Shown piece after piece: positions 11,566-27,500 of a stretch of DNA of 64,000 nucleotides. The DNA lies in contig NOWV01000018.1 in the NCBI GenBank assembly GCA_003344405.1, positions 372,001-436,000 on the forward strand, in the 5' to 3' direction. The translations under genes and the position numbers were made by a program. Below the pieces are notes generated by a model. The model was given only the letters and a program-made list of their open reading frames with translations. It made no database searches and had not been told where the DNA came from. The DNA is from Trichoplax sp. H2. Lineage: Eukaryota. How positions within the stretch are numbered: the stretch's first letter is position 1; every line of letters begins with the position of its first letter.

Positions 11566-14500
11566 ATGGATCTTAGGCTGCCAATTTTTACCAGTAACAA
11601 TACTGGCCAGCCACTTCAGCAGGGGCACTTTATAGATCATTTTCTTATTTACGGCCTAGCGGAGGAAGAAGGATTACAATACCTCAAAAGTGACGGTCAG
11701 TTCTTTACAGATGCTAAAGTAGATCAAATTTTGTATGAAGACAGCTTTATTCGTTAAATCAATATTCTTCCTGCAATATCTATTTTTGTTAGTCTTCTAT
11801 TAGTACTGTCTTCGATTTCATAAACTAAACGAGCACATACCAGTATTATGGCAGATAGTTCTTCGATCAAGACTGCAATGCTGTTAACCATACGCTCGAT
11901 GCTAGCAATAAACAATAATACGTGCAGTCTTTACCTCAATTATCTATCGTTTTTGTGTCGCCGCTACTAATTTGAGATAAGGAAATCGTACAATTTCTTG
12001 TTATATGGTCCCAAAATGTACACACGTTGTTCACTGTTCGGTCTTTAGGCGTAACAATTTACACCGTATGAATACTAATAGCAAGTAGTACTTGATTCTC
12101 TTAGTGGTTTGCCAACAGTTTGGGCGTTTGAGCGCCATACTGCACTTTGCTCGACATCAAGTCTTTTGCTATATATTCTATTCTATTGCCTATCACTTTT
12201 TAATTACAATGCCAATAATTCTGTACTACTGGTCATTAAGCTCTAATTTTCAGTAAAATTTGTCCCCAAGTTTATTAGATAGATGAATATTGTCTGTAGT
12301 AGTAGTATATGACTATTGATGATGATAATTCTTGCACGTAAGTCACTACAATCGCCATTAAACAATGTCTTTCTGCTAGCCGTTACAATCATGGAGGTAA
12401 AAGAAAAACTTTACCTCTATGGTTACAATCAATACAATGTGACTTTATTTTTTGCATAATATGCTCTTCTTTTGGTTATTGAGATAGTGTACGATACTAA
12501 ACTACCAACCTTTATTAATAACCAATATACAGAAACAATTTTCTCTTTTCTTGTCCGTGGCAACTAATAATTACGGTTCCTTTCGAGCAAGCATATTTGT
12601 AATTAACTTTAATTTGATTTATTGCTCTATTCAGAGGCACTGTATTCGCTTACACCCATTAAATCTATGCTACAGTACTTTTAATTTTTACATTGAAGTT
12701 AAATTATGAACTAGCGTGGTAAGCTGGCAGAGTAAAGCTATATCTATCATATAATCAGTCAACTTATTCGTAATTCCGTGACCCTAACAGATGTAAACAT
12801 AAAATCTTCGAAGGACTGTCATAGATATACAAGTGATTAACAAACCGATTAGTTCTATGAACTCTTCCTTAGATAAAGTTAAGAAATCAACAGCCATGTC
12901 TATGGCCATCGTACTTGACATACTTGGGTATTTACCCTATTACATACGATTAAGCTCATAGAACCGTCTCAATAATCAACTCGAAACTATATCAAGTGGA
13001 ACTGCATACTTGAAACTAATAATTACCGTTTTTACAGTAGTTTACTAAATAACGATACCATCATAGCCTTTTAACTTGTCATTGATTGAGTACTTACTGT
13101 AATGTATGTGCTACCAATCAGTTTTCAAAATATTAAATAGAAGATAAGGCATAAGTAAAATTCGTAAGCACTCAATTATTGGCTTACTAATCCAGGAGTA
13201 TAACTGTTATGATTAACCTGATACAATACTAAAAGATTAGCAGCTATCAAAAGATAAAATATTTGCAAAGTTACCCGTATCTAAAGAGCTTACATTAAAA
13301 TGAGACTTCGTAGTATTTGGCAATGCAAATCGTTTGTCAGTAAAATATGTAATTCAGTTGTAACCAAAATATTATCGACTATGAATCTTTGAGGAAATAA
13401 TTTATCGCGTAGGGGCATTAAAATCAAGTACCCGTAAATAGTTTAGCGCTTGTATACTTTTGTCAAGTGAAATATTAAGAGTTACTATTTGAATAGAGAG
13501 GATTCTTAAATATAAGACTCAATCTTAGGATTTAAGTGGTTTATATTTTCAATCGATATTTTAAAATCCGTTACTGTTTCCAATGACATGCTTTAATATA
13601 GCAGCATGAATAAATATAATTATATACTATAATTGCTTATCGGCTACGATATTTTATCTCGTGATTGTCCATTATTAATTTATATATTTGAAATACAGAT
13701 GATTTTACCATTCCACCATTACAGCGCGGATTCGAGGCAAACTACAAATTTTGCATGTATAGTAAGAAAGGTGAAAAAAACGTCAATCACGACAGAATGA
13801 AAATGGTAACTTAGATTTTTGATCTTAGCTAGCTGAAATAAAAATTACTATCATTGAATGGAATTAATAGAGAAAATATAATTTCATAACACTAGAGGAA
13901 ATGAAACAAACTATTTTACGCTACTATTGGTGTATGTAAATGTTGTGATTATTACCTGTACTATTACATACTACAGTAATTTATAGAGTGATTCTACTGC
14001 ACTGTCGGAGAAGTTATAAAACAGGATTAACTTCGCAAATTTAAAGTACCTTGCTAACAGGATAGATATTAGAATTTGTGAGACCACAATATATATTTCC
14101 ATTGCAGTTTTGTTTGCCCCATGGCTTGCAACTAACCACATCAGAACAAAATGAAAGAAAACCAAAATTTCATGCTTTCACTACTACTCTGGAAGACGGT
14201 AGGCGAAAATATGGCTGTGTTTTATCCTTTTATGAGGAATGTACTAACAAGAAAATAAAAGAGTCCTTAGTTATACTGTACAAAATGCATTCAGAGAACA
14301 TAGTATTACCACTAAATCAAGAAGATACTTCGAATTTAAAGGAAGAGATTAAAAGACTAAAGGAAGTTAAAAAAGCAACGGAGCAAATATCATATACAGA
14401 AGTTCAAAATTTATACGTATTAAAATGTTTTGCAATTTATACAGAATATCCTTGGTTTGATGTATACAGGAAACTACTTGAGGCTTACTACAATCACTAT

Positions 14501-17500
14501 AAGAGGGAACATAGCCAACTTAAGCCACTATTGCGATATCTCTTGCGCAGTATTCCATGCCCGAGTCCTGGACAAATACTAGAAATCCCTATCGACACTG
14601 ACAATACTGTTACAGTAAAATATCCTTTTCTATCTCAGTTTCCTCATTATGGATTCTCCTTCAAGGAAGTTTTTAAATACATCACACCAGAAAATTTCTT
14701 AGAGATCTTAAATCATGCGCTGCTTGAACATCCGATACTACTATTATCGTCCGGTAATAACCTGCCCTATTAATATGTGTTAATACTCACCATAAAAATC
14801 TAAATATACAGTACGGTACTTTTAAATCTAGCTTAAAGAGTTTATATCCTTGGCTGTAAACAAAATCTTGCAATCAATTTCCTGAAGGCTTTGATGCAGT
14901 TAGCTAGATTTGTGTTAGCAAACTACATAGCCCTACAAAAACACCCAGCGCCCCTAATTACTTTTAAGTTTAGTTTATTTAAGTTAGAGAGTGGTACAGT
15001 ATCTAATCCTACTTGTTTAAATACTTTGAGTTAAAAGTATGAGAGGAAGATAAATTTTCTATGAAAGGGTTTACTTACACAACAGTATTAACATACTGTA
15101 TTTCTTATAGATCCATACTTGTTGGTGCTCATAGCAGAAAGTCTACGTATTGTGTTACTGCCATTTTCTTGGCCGCATACTTACGTTCCATTGTTGCCTC
15201 TATCGCTTTCCGATTATTTGGAGAATCCATTGCCTTATATTATTGGGGTCATCGTCCGGAATGAAAAGGAACATTTCAAAGTATTATCAGTAGCAAGTAA
15301 TGTAAGTTCCACAACAACTACTTTTATACTGCGACTCCTATCATTTATTGTATACCTCGTAACTATATTAATACTAAAAGGAATTAATTATTTGGCGAAA
15401 TTTATATTTAGAGTCTACTTTGCACCGTCCATATAGATGATAAAAAGCTAACTAGTCCTGATGATATTGCTCAACTACCCTATAAGGACTACTTATTGCA
15501 AAATCTACAAAGAGTTATTATTGATTCAAACGGTTCGAATAAAGCGCTTTCTAGCTCAAATGATGAAAAAACGGGTCATTTTCAACATAATAGGCAACAT
15601 CCTCCAAATCTTAAAATACAACGTAGGCGTAATCGACGAGCTAGCGTAGCGGCTTCGTCAGGTTATTTAGTTAGTAAATATGTGCCTACTATTTGCGAAA
15701 ATGATCAGTATGCAATACCTAAAGATTCAGAAAGTTCCCAATTTGACTTAGCAATTCGTCAAATATTTATGATTTACTTCGCCTATTTATTTCAAAAATA
15801 TGATCAATTTCTCTCGAAAGATAGCGGAAGACTACACCAAGAAGATGCAGTTGTTTTCGATCGCAATGAATTTTTAATCGATCAGCCAACTGCTATATCA
15901 CAGTTTATCTCGGCTTTTATTCAGTCTCAAATGTTTGCGACCTTTATTGATTCATACAGCAAGCCATCTGGCCAATATTATCAAGAAACCATAGCTCACA
16001 CTACAATATTTGATAAATATACTGATGCAGTTAAGCAACAGTTGGAAGAAATGGACTGGTTTAACGAAAACTTTATAACCTCAGGTGGAGTATATTAAAC
16101 TAGTAATGAGCAATAGAGGATCAAATTTGTGTTTTAAATTGCGGCCAATGTCTAATTTACCAATATTCTAGATCGATCTGTCATTACGCATGTATGAACA
16201 CTATGCAATAATATTTGATATTTTTCTATATTTCCAGTGCAGTAGTAGCACGAAATAACCTTATATACTCTTGTTCATTTTACTTCATTCAGTCTGCAAT
16301 AAGATGGCTAGCAATTCTGAGGATAATTCCTATAAAATAATCCAGTTGTCGGGACCAAAGCAGGATAGTAATAATATATATGCAATAAAAGCGATGACAT
16401 CTAGTGACTCAGAATCCGATTTAGGTTGTTATTGTGGACTTTAATTTCACTGCTGTCTACTACTAGCAATTAATAAACTATTATAAGCATAACTGCATAC
16501 TAAAGTAATTAGCACTGTATAGAGCTTAAGCATTCCAAAAATATCTTTCACCATTTTTAACTAGAAGAACAAACTCTTAGTAAGCCTTTGATTAAGAAAC
16601 TTCCTTTAGCAGCAATGCGACGTCGATTCAGTTTGCCTGTGCAAAGTTTAAGCAGCAAGAAGGTAGATCAAGATCTAAAATTCTCACTGTAACTTTACAT
16701 CATCCGTGACATCATTGTTTTAATTACATCTTTTAATGCGTAGGTCTTAGTAAATATTGGAGAGTAGTATATTAATTTATGACAAATTTTAAACCTAATA
16801 AAACTAAATTTAAGAACTATTGTACTATGAAATCAGATTCCATCATCGAACTATATACCTGATAAAGTTACTAAAAGCAATACTGGCGCTGAATTTCATG
16901 AAATTATTGTTGATACGATGATGAAAGAAATTGCATCGAAGGTTGTTTATGTTTTGTTTTATAGCATTCAAGAATTAGGCGGTAGAACTGTCTGGAAATT
17001 ATACTTTATCTTTAAATCAGTTCTTTAATGTCATCATAATCATAAATGCATTTTAATTATGAGACAATTACTCGAATTACTCTGCTAATATTTTAGTCCA
17101 TAATATTCAGTGATTCATACTACTTTTCAATTACATCATGACAGACGAAAGCTGTAATTCTTGATAAGTTATCAAGTGAAGATGCTTTGCAGGATTATTA
17201 TGGAGATGTTGAAGAAGTTAAAGAAAAAACATTAATAAAAATATTGTATGAAATGTTGGAAAGAACATTTAATCATGGGATAGCAGAAAAATCCATGAGT
17301 GTAAGATTATACATAGTTCTAACTTTAATATTCACTATATCCTTTGATTATAGCTTTAATCAGTTCTGAAACCGAGATAATTTGGATTTATCGGAAACAT
17401 TATTACGCTATTAACAACTTAATTTTCAACACAGAATGAGTCTGTCTTATGGAAACACCTAAGTCGTTACAGATCTAGCTTCATCAGAGGTAGACGGGGT

Positions 17501-20500
17501 GGAGTTGTATCTGGTGCAATTTCAAACCGATCAGTGCCAACAGCAACCAATGGTTGGTTATATGCATAATTGATATTTTAGCTATTAAATTATATATTTA
17601 TTCTATTCCAAATATTTAGTATTAGTATTAGAGTTTTCAATGTTTTTAAAATTTAAACTCTAGTTCCTACGTTGCTATCGTTAGTATTAAACGTCATTTA
17701 AGTGAAAATATCTTGACTTTACCTTTAAATAGTTACGAAACAGGTACTAATTATCTCCTTAAAATCACTTTATTTCTCTCTTATTTTAGTTATTTGAAAA
17801 ACTAATCGATTTCGCTAAGGCGAAATTAGTTTATCCGAATATCTTTTTAATAGTTTTGTAGTATGCACATAAAGTCAAATAATAACCATAATGATAAAAG
17901 GCACAAACTATAGTTTATTTAACTCGAAATTTTTATAGTAATTTGACTTCCAATGCTACGGTGTTATTTAACGTAAACTATAAGTTAATGTGATTGATCT
18001 TATACATATTGAGCAACATGGAAATATATACTTTATAGAAATACTAGGTGAAAAAAGAGATCATATTAGCGAAATCAAGCGAATTCTGCGGCGAATGGTA
18101 GAAAAGCCAAGCCTGATTGAAGATTTAACGTAAGTGTAAATACATTTGTTTCAATTCGTATTTACGCTTATGCACTCCTATGTAATGATCAGACACACAA
18201 TAAAATAACAGTTCTAGCAGATCTGTACTGGGAATAACAGCCGCGTGCAATGAATCATTTGAAAAATTGAGGGATAATGTCGAGTCTAAGGTTTATCATA
18301 TTCTATTCTTTTCCAGAGCAATTGCTGAAATGAAAGAAATCGGTACCGATGTTGGCTATGTTAAGGCATTTTTACGGTGAGTTAGTGAGATGCTTCTGAA
18401 ATTTATTATCGACAGATTTGGTAAATAAACTATTAGCAACAAGCGTGACAGCATTTATCGGCATAGTAACGTCTTTACGGTTTCGTCCTTTGTATCTAAA
18501 AGCTTGGCTCTTGAAAAAAAATGTTTATCCAATCATTTGAAAGAGTTGGTAGAAAGAGATGATTACTTCCTGGTGTGAGTGATTGCATATTACTTGGTCA
18601 AGAATAATTAATTATGTAGACAAATTATAGCTGCTTCGATTCCCAAACTGTAATTATGTAGTAATCTATGCATTACTATACCGTCCTATATCTGTTTTAT
18701 GCGGTATTACAATTTCGTTAAGTAATCTCTATCAATGCATTCTTGCTGTTATTTTTTTTTAAATATGTAGTTGGAAACTATTAAGATGTTTATTGAAACT
18801 ATTTTATAGTATTAGGTATTAGCTTACTTCTTGATATCATGTAGTAGTATTGTTGTAGCATAATGTTGAAGCAGTTATAAGATGCAGGTGTATGTTGTAT
18901 GCGATATGATTAAGTTCAATTCATTTGTGAACTAGAACTGCTTTTTCTGGATAGGTCGCAATATAAGGAATGCGCTCTTATTCATAACCAGGATGCAAGG
19001 CATCAGTTATTTATGCACTTACTATCATTTTCATTATTTAACTTTCGATGCATGACTACCAGCTACTACGGCACAGGTTTGAAATTTGTAAGAAAAGCTT
19101 CGCATAGCTATAGATTAGTTTAAAATTCTTATGAAGTATTTTGTAATATTCGTACGTCTACCTAGCAATACCATACATAGTTATATATTAGAGAATATTT
19201 CTCAGTAAGCTACTGTTAACCGCTATACTGTAAAGTTAGTGCTTAATTCAGAGGTATAGAATGCTCTTGCGATATGAAAGTACGATAAATGATAGCAAAG
19301 TAATGATCACTTCAGTATCATTACCTATCCGTTATTCCTTGAAACGAAATGAAATCAAAGACACCAATATTAACGGAAAATCTCTATCAATCATGTGATT
19401 ATTACAACTATGTCTTATCTGTTTATTTAAATTACTAAACTATAGAAAATATGATTACATTATATTTATCATATTTATGGAAACAGATTACTCAAAATTT
19501 ATCTAATTTGTAGCTAGATTGGCAGTATTATCGTAGAATTTCGTCTTATATCATTTAAAGACATGAACCATAATTATATAATTTTAATTTATAGAATTAT
19601 GTTTTACATATCATTGCTTTGATAGTCTACTGAAATCGAATGCATATCGGTAGTAGCAGTGCAGCACTTTTATTTACAATATTAATTTATAAAACCCTTA
19701 CGCTGTCAGCTCGATGCTTCACTTGATTGTATGATTTATACTATTAATATATTTTAGAATTGATATACAACATATTGGTCATTTCATCCTGTGGCTCGAC
19801 TTCACGTTCGTTTTGGATAATATTAATTGGAGATTTTGGATGTACCAAACAGATCTACTTTGATGAAGGCGCTATTTACACAGACATCAGGGTAAAACGA
19901 AATAATTTTAATTTAAGTCATAATTAACTGAATCTTCTTACAAAGTAATGGTAATTTAGAATTTGCGGATAATATAATCGCCAATTTATTTTCCATATTT
20001 ATCTATCATTTGTAAGCATCGTAATCTCGGTCGAATAAGAGCAATAGTTATTGGAGATGAAGTACCAGGTTCTATCAGATATACTGCATCCTTAATTTGC
20101 TACCGATTTGATAATATATGACTGCTACAAACCAAAATATATTTATTCTTTGCTAATTTTTGTGTAATTACTAAATTAGTCAAGCGAAATAGAAACAAAA
20201 TTAAACAAATCATCGTACAAAATACCTTAATGGCACATCTGTACGGGTAAGAGCATATTTTCGTCTTCAACATTAGCCTAGAAATTATCATTGAAGTGCT
20301 GTTAATAAGCAATAAAAGTATTACTTCGAGTCTAAATATTGCTTATCATCTAACGAATACTTTAAGCTCAATAATTGATTCTTATCGCAGATTTCCCTGC
20401 CATCAATGGGATTTACAATATTGCCTTATCTTACCTGGTGTCCTGATTAATATTGCAACGGATAAATCTAGACAAATCGTACTAAGAGAATATAGCATTT

Positions 20501-21688
20501 ATACCTCGAAAATGGCAAATCGTGATAGCAGCAATCTATTTTTTAATCCCATGCAATTATTAGAGAAGCATCGCACAAATCAAGTTTATCGTAATGAGGG
20601 TCAATCAAAAAAAGGTGTCAGCGTCATTACTGATAATAAGAATTCTGATATGAAAACCATATTTTTAAACATTTTGAATGAAATTGAAGAACTTGTGAAT
20701 AATCCACAGCCTCTAGAGGTTAAAACAAAATTTTTAATTTTCTCTGATAAGCGAGTATATGTTGCAACTTTCAAAACATTGTTTTAATCTTCACTAATTA
20801 GACTCCACAAATTAACTATTTATTGTATGGCAAGAACGGATTTTGTGATATACTCTATCAGGTACCGTATAAAGAATAATTAGTTATAGTTTTACAACTT
20901 ATCGTGATATGATTTTATGTTATTTAACTATTACAAGCATGTTTGGTATACAGATTTTCAACCAAAACCAGTTGAGATCTTCACGATTTAAAGGCTTTAA
21001 ACAAGAAATACTTTCAGCATGGGATTTTATTGGTAAGTCATTATGGCTTTGGAAAAGTATTTATAACGACAATAACAAAATATACAAATAAATTCACTCT
21101 ATTTCTATGCTCTTATTGTAGAGAAAATAGTATATAATTTAAGCAAGCAGACGAAAAAAATAGACACTGAAAAAGTTATTGTATATTTTATACAATCAGT
21201 TCAGAGAATAAATCAAAATATGACTAACTTTGATCAAGCTACGAAAGTAAGCATATTTACTGCTCAATCATAATTACTAATAATAATATTGATGCATCAA
21301 ATAAGTATCTTATGCTGATTTTGCATTGTTTTTTTTATAACAGTTTCAAGCGTTCATTCATGAAGGAATAAGGTAAGACATACATCAAATAGGATTGCTA
21401 ATGTATAGCTTTAAAATATTGTCTTTCATCGCTAATTTTCGATTTATTTCAATTATTAGTAATAAAATGTTGGCGATGTGGCTAACATTATTTCCTAATA
21501 TACAAATAACCAAAGAACATTTTGATCCCCAATCTCCTCTTTTGAATGTAGAGTGGATGAGTGAAATATCCGATGCTATAAGTCGTTTGCTAACCCACAA
21601 TCTTAAACTCGATAATATTTTTGATTCAGCTATTTGCTGTCTTCGAGATAGTCAAAGTTTTCCCCATTGGTCTGCGAAAATGGCATGA
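11566..21688 (+). CDS. DENND5: DENN domain-containing protein 5 (Rab6-interacting protein 1): uDENN-DENN-dDENN-RUN-PLAT-RUN
   Basis: Exons include 11566-11695, 13699-13805, 14108-14753, 15111-15301, 15412-16084 and many small 3' exons. Motifs: HFIDHFLIYGL; FCLPHGL...KPKFHAFTTTLEDGRRKYGCVLSFYEE; LLPFSWPHTYVPLLP...LENPLPYIIG; FISAFIQSQMFATFID. RUN1: LERTFNHGI, IGTDVGYVKAFLRLALEKK. PLAT: NLGRIRAIVIG, QNTLMAHLYGFPCHQW. RUN2: SAWDFIEK, KFQAFIHEGI..KMLAMWL. Confidence 0.9.
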
Positions 21689-24519
21689 AATCTTAAATTT
21701 CCAACTTTATAGAAATGGTTGTACCTAGAGTTATTTCAATTTTTACTAAAAGTAGTAGTTAATGTAGTTTACAGCTTTATGAGGTTAACTAGTAATATCT
21801 AGAAAATGAAATTGCTTATAAGAATTAGGCCACGTGTCTACTAATTAAGGTTGATTCTATAGCCCGCTACTAATAGTAGAACTTAAAGCTTTGCTTATAA
21901 TATGATAATAAATTTGACATGACTAGCAATATGGAATACAATATCTATATAATAGTATAAGAATTACTATAGTGCCAAGAATTGATCCAATAATACTACA
22001 TCTATGAAGTTTCTGGGAGAAAAAAGATTTGCATGAGCAATATAAATAAAAATAGCGGATAATCAATTTATTCTTGGCAGATACGAAATTAAAGTTAGAT
22101 ATATATATTGAATTTAATGTTAAAGTAACAACTCAGATGCAAACTCTACGATACTACTTGGAATACGAGTCCATTAGCATGGGTTTCAGGAGTTGTAAGA
22201 ATTAATAAAACTGTATCTATAAATGGAAATTTTCACTTATGGTATTAGTTAATAACTATTTTAAGTAACATGAAGACAGGCAATACTCGATTGTAGGTTA
22301 CTTATGTTTAATGTATGCGACTTTGAGTAATGCAGTTCTTTTATCTAACACGTAATCAACTATATTATAAATTATTTCGAAATACCCTTGGCCCATGTTA
22401 TTGATAACGCTAATAGCATTGATGTTAAGGTATTAACTATTTATGTAATAGTAATCGACTAATAGAAAAGATAGTCAAATTCAGCGCTTCAAAATGAGCT
22501 TTAAAGTAATGATCGTTGTCCGTCGTCTACTATCATGTTACATCTGACAGTCTAGCTTAAATAACAACGCAAGTATATATATGTGTAAACCTTGTATACC
22601 AATCGATTATCTAAATTAGTCAATTTAGTTTAATTGTCATGATTACGATACTTTATTCTACTTTAACTACATAATCACTACAAAGTTGCTACATCTGATG
22701 TCGATAATAGTGGAATACTATTTAATGTAACTAAGGCTCAAACGGCGCATTAGTAATAATATTGTGATTGCACTATGATTTAGGCTAGACCTCGTGTCCA
22801 GAATGCAATACGAATCACAAATTATAAGTATTATTTCGTGTTTTTGTCATATGTGCGAATTCGTTACAATTTCTAACTTAAATTCGGTATCGATACGGTA
22901 CCAGTACGATATCCAATAATAAGTGACCTAATTATCCCACTTTTACAATTTATACGATCACGGAATTATACTGATACTTTTATGGGTAAATACTAATTAC
23001 CAAATTTTGCATTAAATTTGCAATTAATGGTGGAATTTAAATATGTACAAATTACAAATATTTCAGCATATAATTAATGCATAATTACGACAAAGTCATT
23101 AATTTTATAAAGAATCACTAGCTGTTTTTCATCTAATAAGGTAATTTTAAAAACTACAGATAGTAAATAACGCCCTAGCTGGACACATTTTACAAATAGT
23201 TTAACATCGTATTAGTTGATAGCGTATGTACTCATGATGCTGGATTATCTATTGAATGGTCAGACTCCTATAATAGTTCCCTTATTATATCAGCACAGCA
23301 GTATATTAATCATAATCGAAATCATTGCTACTGTATCCTTTTTATGGTCTGTCATATACATAATGTACTGTAGTAGTGTGCGGCATCAATAGACAAGCAT
23401 TTACCACTAGAAGTTATCGAAAATTAATGATCTTGGAGGAATAATTCGAAACTGCCACAAGAATTATCATGATGTTAGTACTTAGCTTAAAAGTAAAGTT
23501 ATATACTATAAATCGTAAATTAATAGATCTACTTCATTCTAACGAAAGTGATTATTAATTGTAAGATTTTGGTAGTAATCTTGTATATTTATATTGTTTT
23601 TGCTATTTCACTGTAGCTCAATTATAATAAATTACGGGCTAATTGTCACAATTTCGCAAGATATATGATAAAACATTTTTGAAATTTATTATTGCTATGG
23701 TCTCATAATTCAATATGAAAATAATAGAGAGCAACTTTCATAAAATAAATTGTGATGAAATAAAGTTAAAACCTCTGATTAAGCTTATTTTACAACTAAT
23801 GCACTATCATATCACATACGGGTACAGTGCAGATGTTATATTACAGTACAAGTTAATAAAAATCTGATTCGAAGTAGATTTTAAAATCAAAACTTATGAT
23901 AAAATTAGTTTGAATACTTTGGATATATACATGTATAATAGAGTAATAAATTTGATAAGTATCATTAATGTCCCTTAAAATATTATAACAGTTTTCAAAG
24001 TTGAAAAATTTTAAAACTTCTAGCCTACTTCCACATTTTTAGGTAGCTATCAGTGATACTGTAGGTACATTATTATTGCAGTAAATATTAATTTTTTAAC
24101 TTTTTCTTACTTTTAAGATTCAATAAACGAACAAGTTGGTTTGCTGGTTGTAATACCGTTGAATGTTGAGAAAATTCAATACGTATCATTTCGAGTTTGG
24201 GTAGTACTAAAATAATAATATAAGCTTATTTATATTTTATAATTCAATATTTAACGTACACGTACGTATATAACTGCTAATACACCCTTCCGTGTTTACT
24301 CATTTCGTTATAGATATAGTCATAATCAATCAGAAAAAATTTACCTTTAGCTTTATTATTTTCGAACAATTCTGGTGATTGCTGTCATCACGATTATAAG
24401 AAGAGAAAAATAAGAATATTTCTTATTTTCAAAAGTTAATTCCATAAGGTATACCGTGACAAAACATTCAAGCAGTATCGTATTTATTAATACTTTCGCT
24501 TTCCTAACGCAATTTTCTA

Positions 24520-27500
24520 TAACTTTACGATACCTTGCTTTTTTTGACAAGATCTGCTATTCCTTGTATCGTTGGTCCTAAAATCTATAAAGTTTAATGA
24601 TTACTTTATTTTTATAGTCACTTGTTAGCCGATGCCATACACAATTTTTGATACTGTTGTATTGATGTGGAAATTTTGTTCGGGAAGTTTCTTCAATACT
24701 ACAATTATAATGGACTGAAAAGCTGCGCTATCATAATACCAATCATGAATCGTACCTCATATTCTTCGTTTGTCATCAGTGTTTCAAATAAATGCTGTAT
24801 TACGTAGTGATTTTCAGCTATTTGTTTAATCTGCAAAAGAAAAACGATTATTCCCTTAAAATAAATTCTTTATACATGCATTGTGTAAGTAGAGTAAAAT
24901 AAAAATTTTAGCATAATACCTGTGATGCAGTTGCTGATCTAGCCGCACAAGCAATCGTCCTTGTTATAAGAATATTGCGGTATTTTGAAATCTGCAATAT
25001 CAAATATCTATCGTCACAAAGTGTGTAGACCACATAAATATTAAAAGATGACTGTGTAATATTGATGTACAAACCCTAGGCATTCCACGAAGGAGAACTG
25101 AGAACACATCATGATCGATTACACCCTTCATTTGTATATAATCATTATATTTAATTAATCTGTTTATTGAAAGATAAGCTGATCAAAGCATACGTCATAC
25201 GGTGCATACCTGCAATAATCTACTATTCACGCGGATTACATTAATCAGGAGTTTTAAAGTATTCTGTTAAATATAATTTCATATCAAAATATGTACTGTA
25301 AAGGGCAAATAATAATAGTAGCAACATGCCACATATATATTTTTATTTAGTATTTCTTTGGGTACCGTAATAACATCGAACTCGCAGGTGTTGTTTAGAA
25401 GGATTGCTTTCAGTACAGGGATCAGTTTTAACCCTATCAGTATCTAATTAATACCAAAAAATGAAATTTTTTCATTATTTAATTTGCTACTTTGGATAAT
25501 TTTACAACATTAATTGGTAACTGGTGCCTAGAGGTATTTCTCAGTACATGGGTTAGTTTCAATCCACTATTACCTAATTAAAACAGGAAATTAAATATTA
25601 ATCATTCAATTTATTGTAAAATAAAACGAACTGAGCCTAATTTACTCTCCATAAATTTTAAAGCACGGTACCTTTACTTCTTGGTGGTCCTTACGCTGCG
25701 ACATTAGTACATCTAAAAATCCTAATCCAGCAATCTAAATTTTATTAAGATGTATATAATTATTTCATATCTTTTCAGATAAAATATTGATCAAATAGCA
25801 ATAACTGAGAAAATTTTAAAATAAACTTTAAATTGCTACAGATCTTTGGAAAAAAGATTTGCAAATATTTAGTATCTCTACAGATCAAATATCTAGTAGT
25901 ACAGTAGTAACGAAAAAAACTTTAAAAACGGACTCAAATTTCTTACACGTAAATGCGGCGATTGACTTGCTACAATTTCAAATATGCAGATAATAGGCGT
26001 TGTGTTAAACGCTTCCTATAAATCATAAAAAAGGAAGGCAAATTTTCAATTTCAAGATACTTCACTTTCCTTAAGCAATGAGTATTACTTAATCTTGTGA
26101 TAGATTGACAGAGAAAGTCAATCTTTCGTATAATATATTATTTACTTAATCTAAATCTTTAAGTAATATTATGTGTGCCTCACCATAACTTTTCCATCTG
26201 AATATCGCGATGCGTTGTCTATTATAGATGATGATAAAATATCTCCTTTTTCAATAAATAGCAATCGTAAAACTTGTATAATTTCTCTATAAATCTGTTA
26301 GAAGGAAACAAATATAAATGTTATCCTTGTAAATAAGCAATGAAAGTTTCTTTTACTATACTTATGAGTAAAATATATATATACATAAATACCTTGATAT
26401 CGTTTGACTGTAAGAGAGTGGATATTATACTAGTCAGCTGTAATTGAATGATTCACATCGGTATTAAGGAATGTCGGACAAGTAAAACTTTTATATAATA
26501 TCTTCATTTATATAGCAGTGTATTGCCGTACGTCAATAATATTATCTCGCAATGCAAGACAGTATTCTTGATAATCCACAGAGAAATGATAGTGCAAGCA
26601 CTTATTTAAGGTATAAATTAAACCCTTAAGAAATAATACCTAAAGAATGTAAAAGATTTTCAGCGTCATATTAATAACTAAAGTACATGTTTAATGTATA
26701 CCGTATTATAGGTAATTGCTTAACTTACCGATTTGCCGCTATACATAGCGGAAAGTAATTTGGGGATAATCCCATAGTTTAGAAATAATATGTCGTCTAA
26801 AAATTAGAAATTGCATGACAGCGGTCTATAAATACCGATGTATATGTGTATGTCTTGTACTACTTAAGTGTAGAATGTCATAAATGATTTACTTACTTGC
26901 ATACGCCGCAATAACCTTTAAAGATTTTAATGCCAGTTCTTCGATAGGTGATAATATTAGTTTAAACAATAGGGATATATCCGCTAGAGAATGACATACA
27001 TAACGAATACCTTAAATATCTCAAATTTTTAGCTTAATTTTCTGCTAATACGTGTGTTTTGAGCATGGAAACACAAATACTTAAAGAGTATTAACTTGCC
27101 CATTGATATTGTCCTTGGATTAGTAGAAATTCCCTTTATATGGAGAATAATTTCGATCGTTTTAAGCAATACCATTCGTTGCTCATAGCTACAATGAACA
27201 TAGCCATTAATGTTCAACTATAAATATGTAATTTAGGCTCGACATAATGAATAATTAACTTACTCATCATGATGATGTAAATTGCTAAATATTTCAATAA
27301 TAAGTCTATCGCTGCAAAGGAAAATATTTAAAAGGCATAAGAATTAAACTAAAGCAAAATGGGTCATTAAATTTAGCATGCGTATTTCATTTCGTAAAAG
27401 TTTTAATGTCAATAAAATATCCCACCAATTAGCTTGAGAAATTGTCTTTCCTCCAGATATTCTTTGTTAAATTGACAAAACAATAAACGTATAAGTAGGA

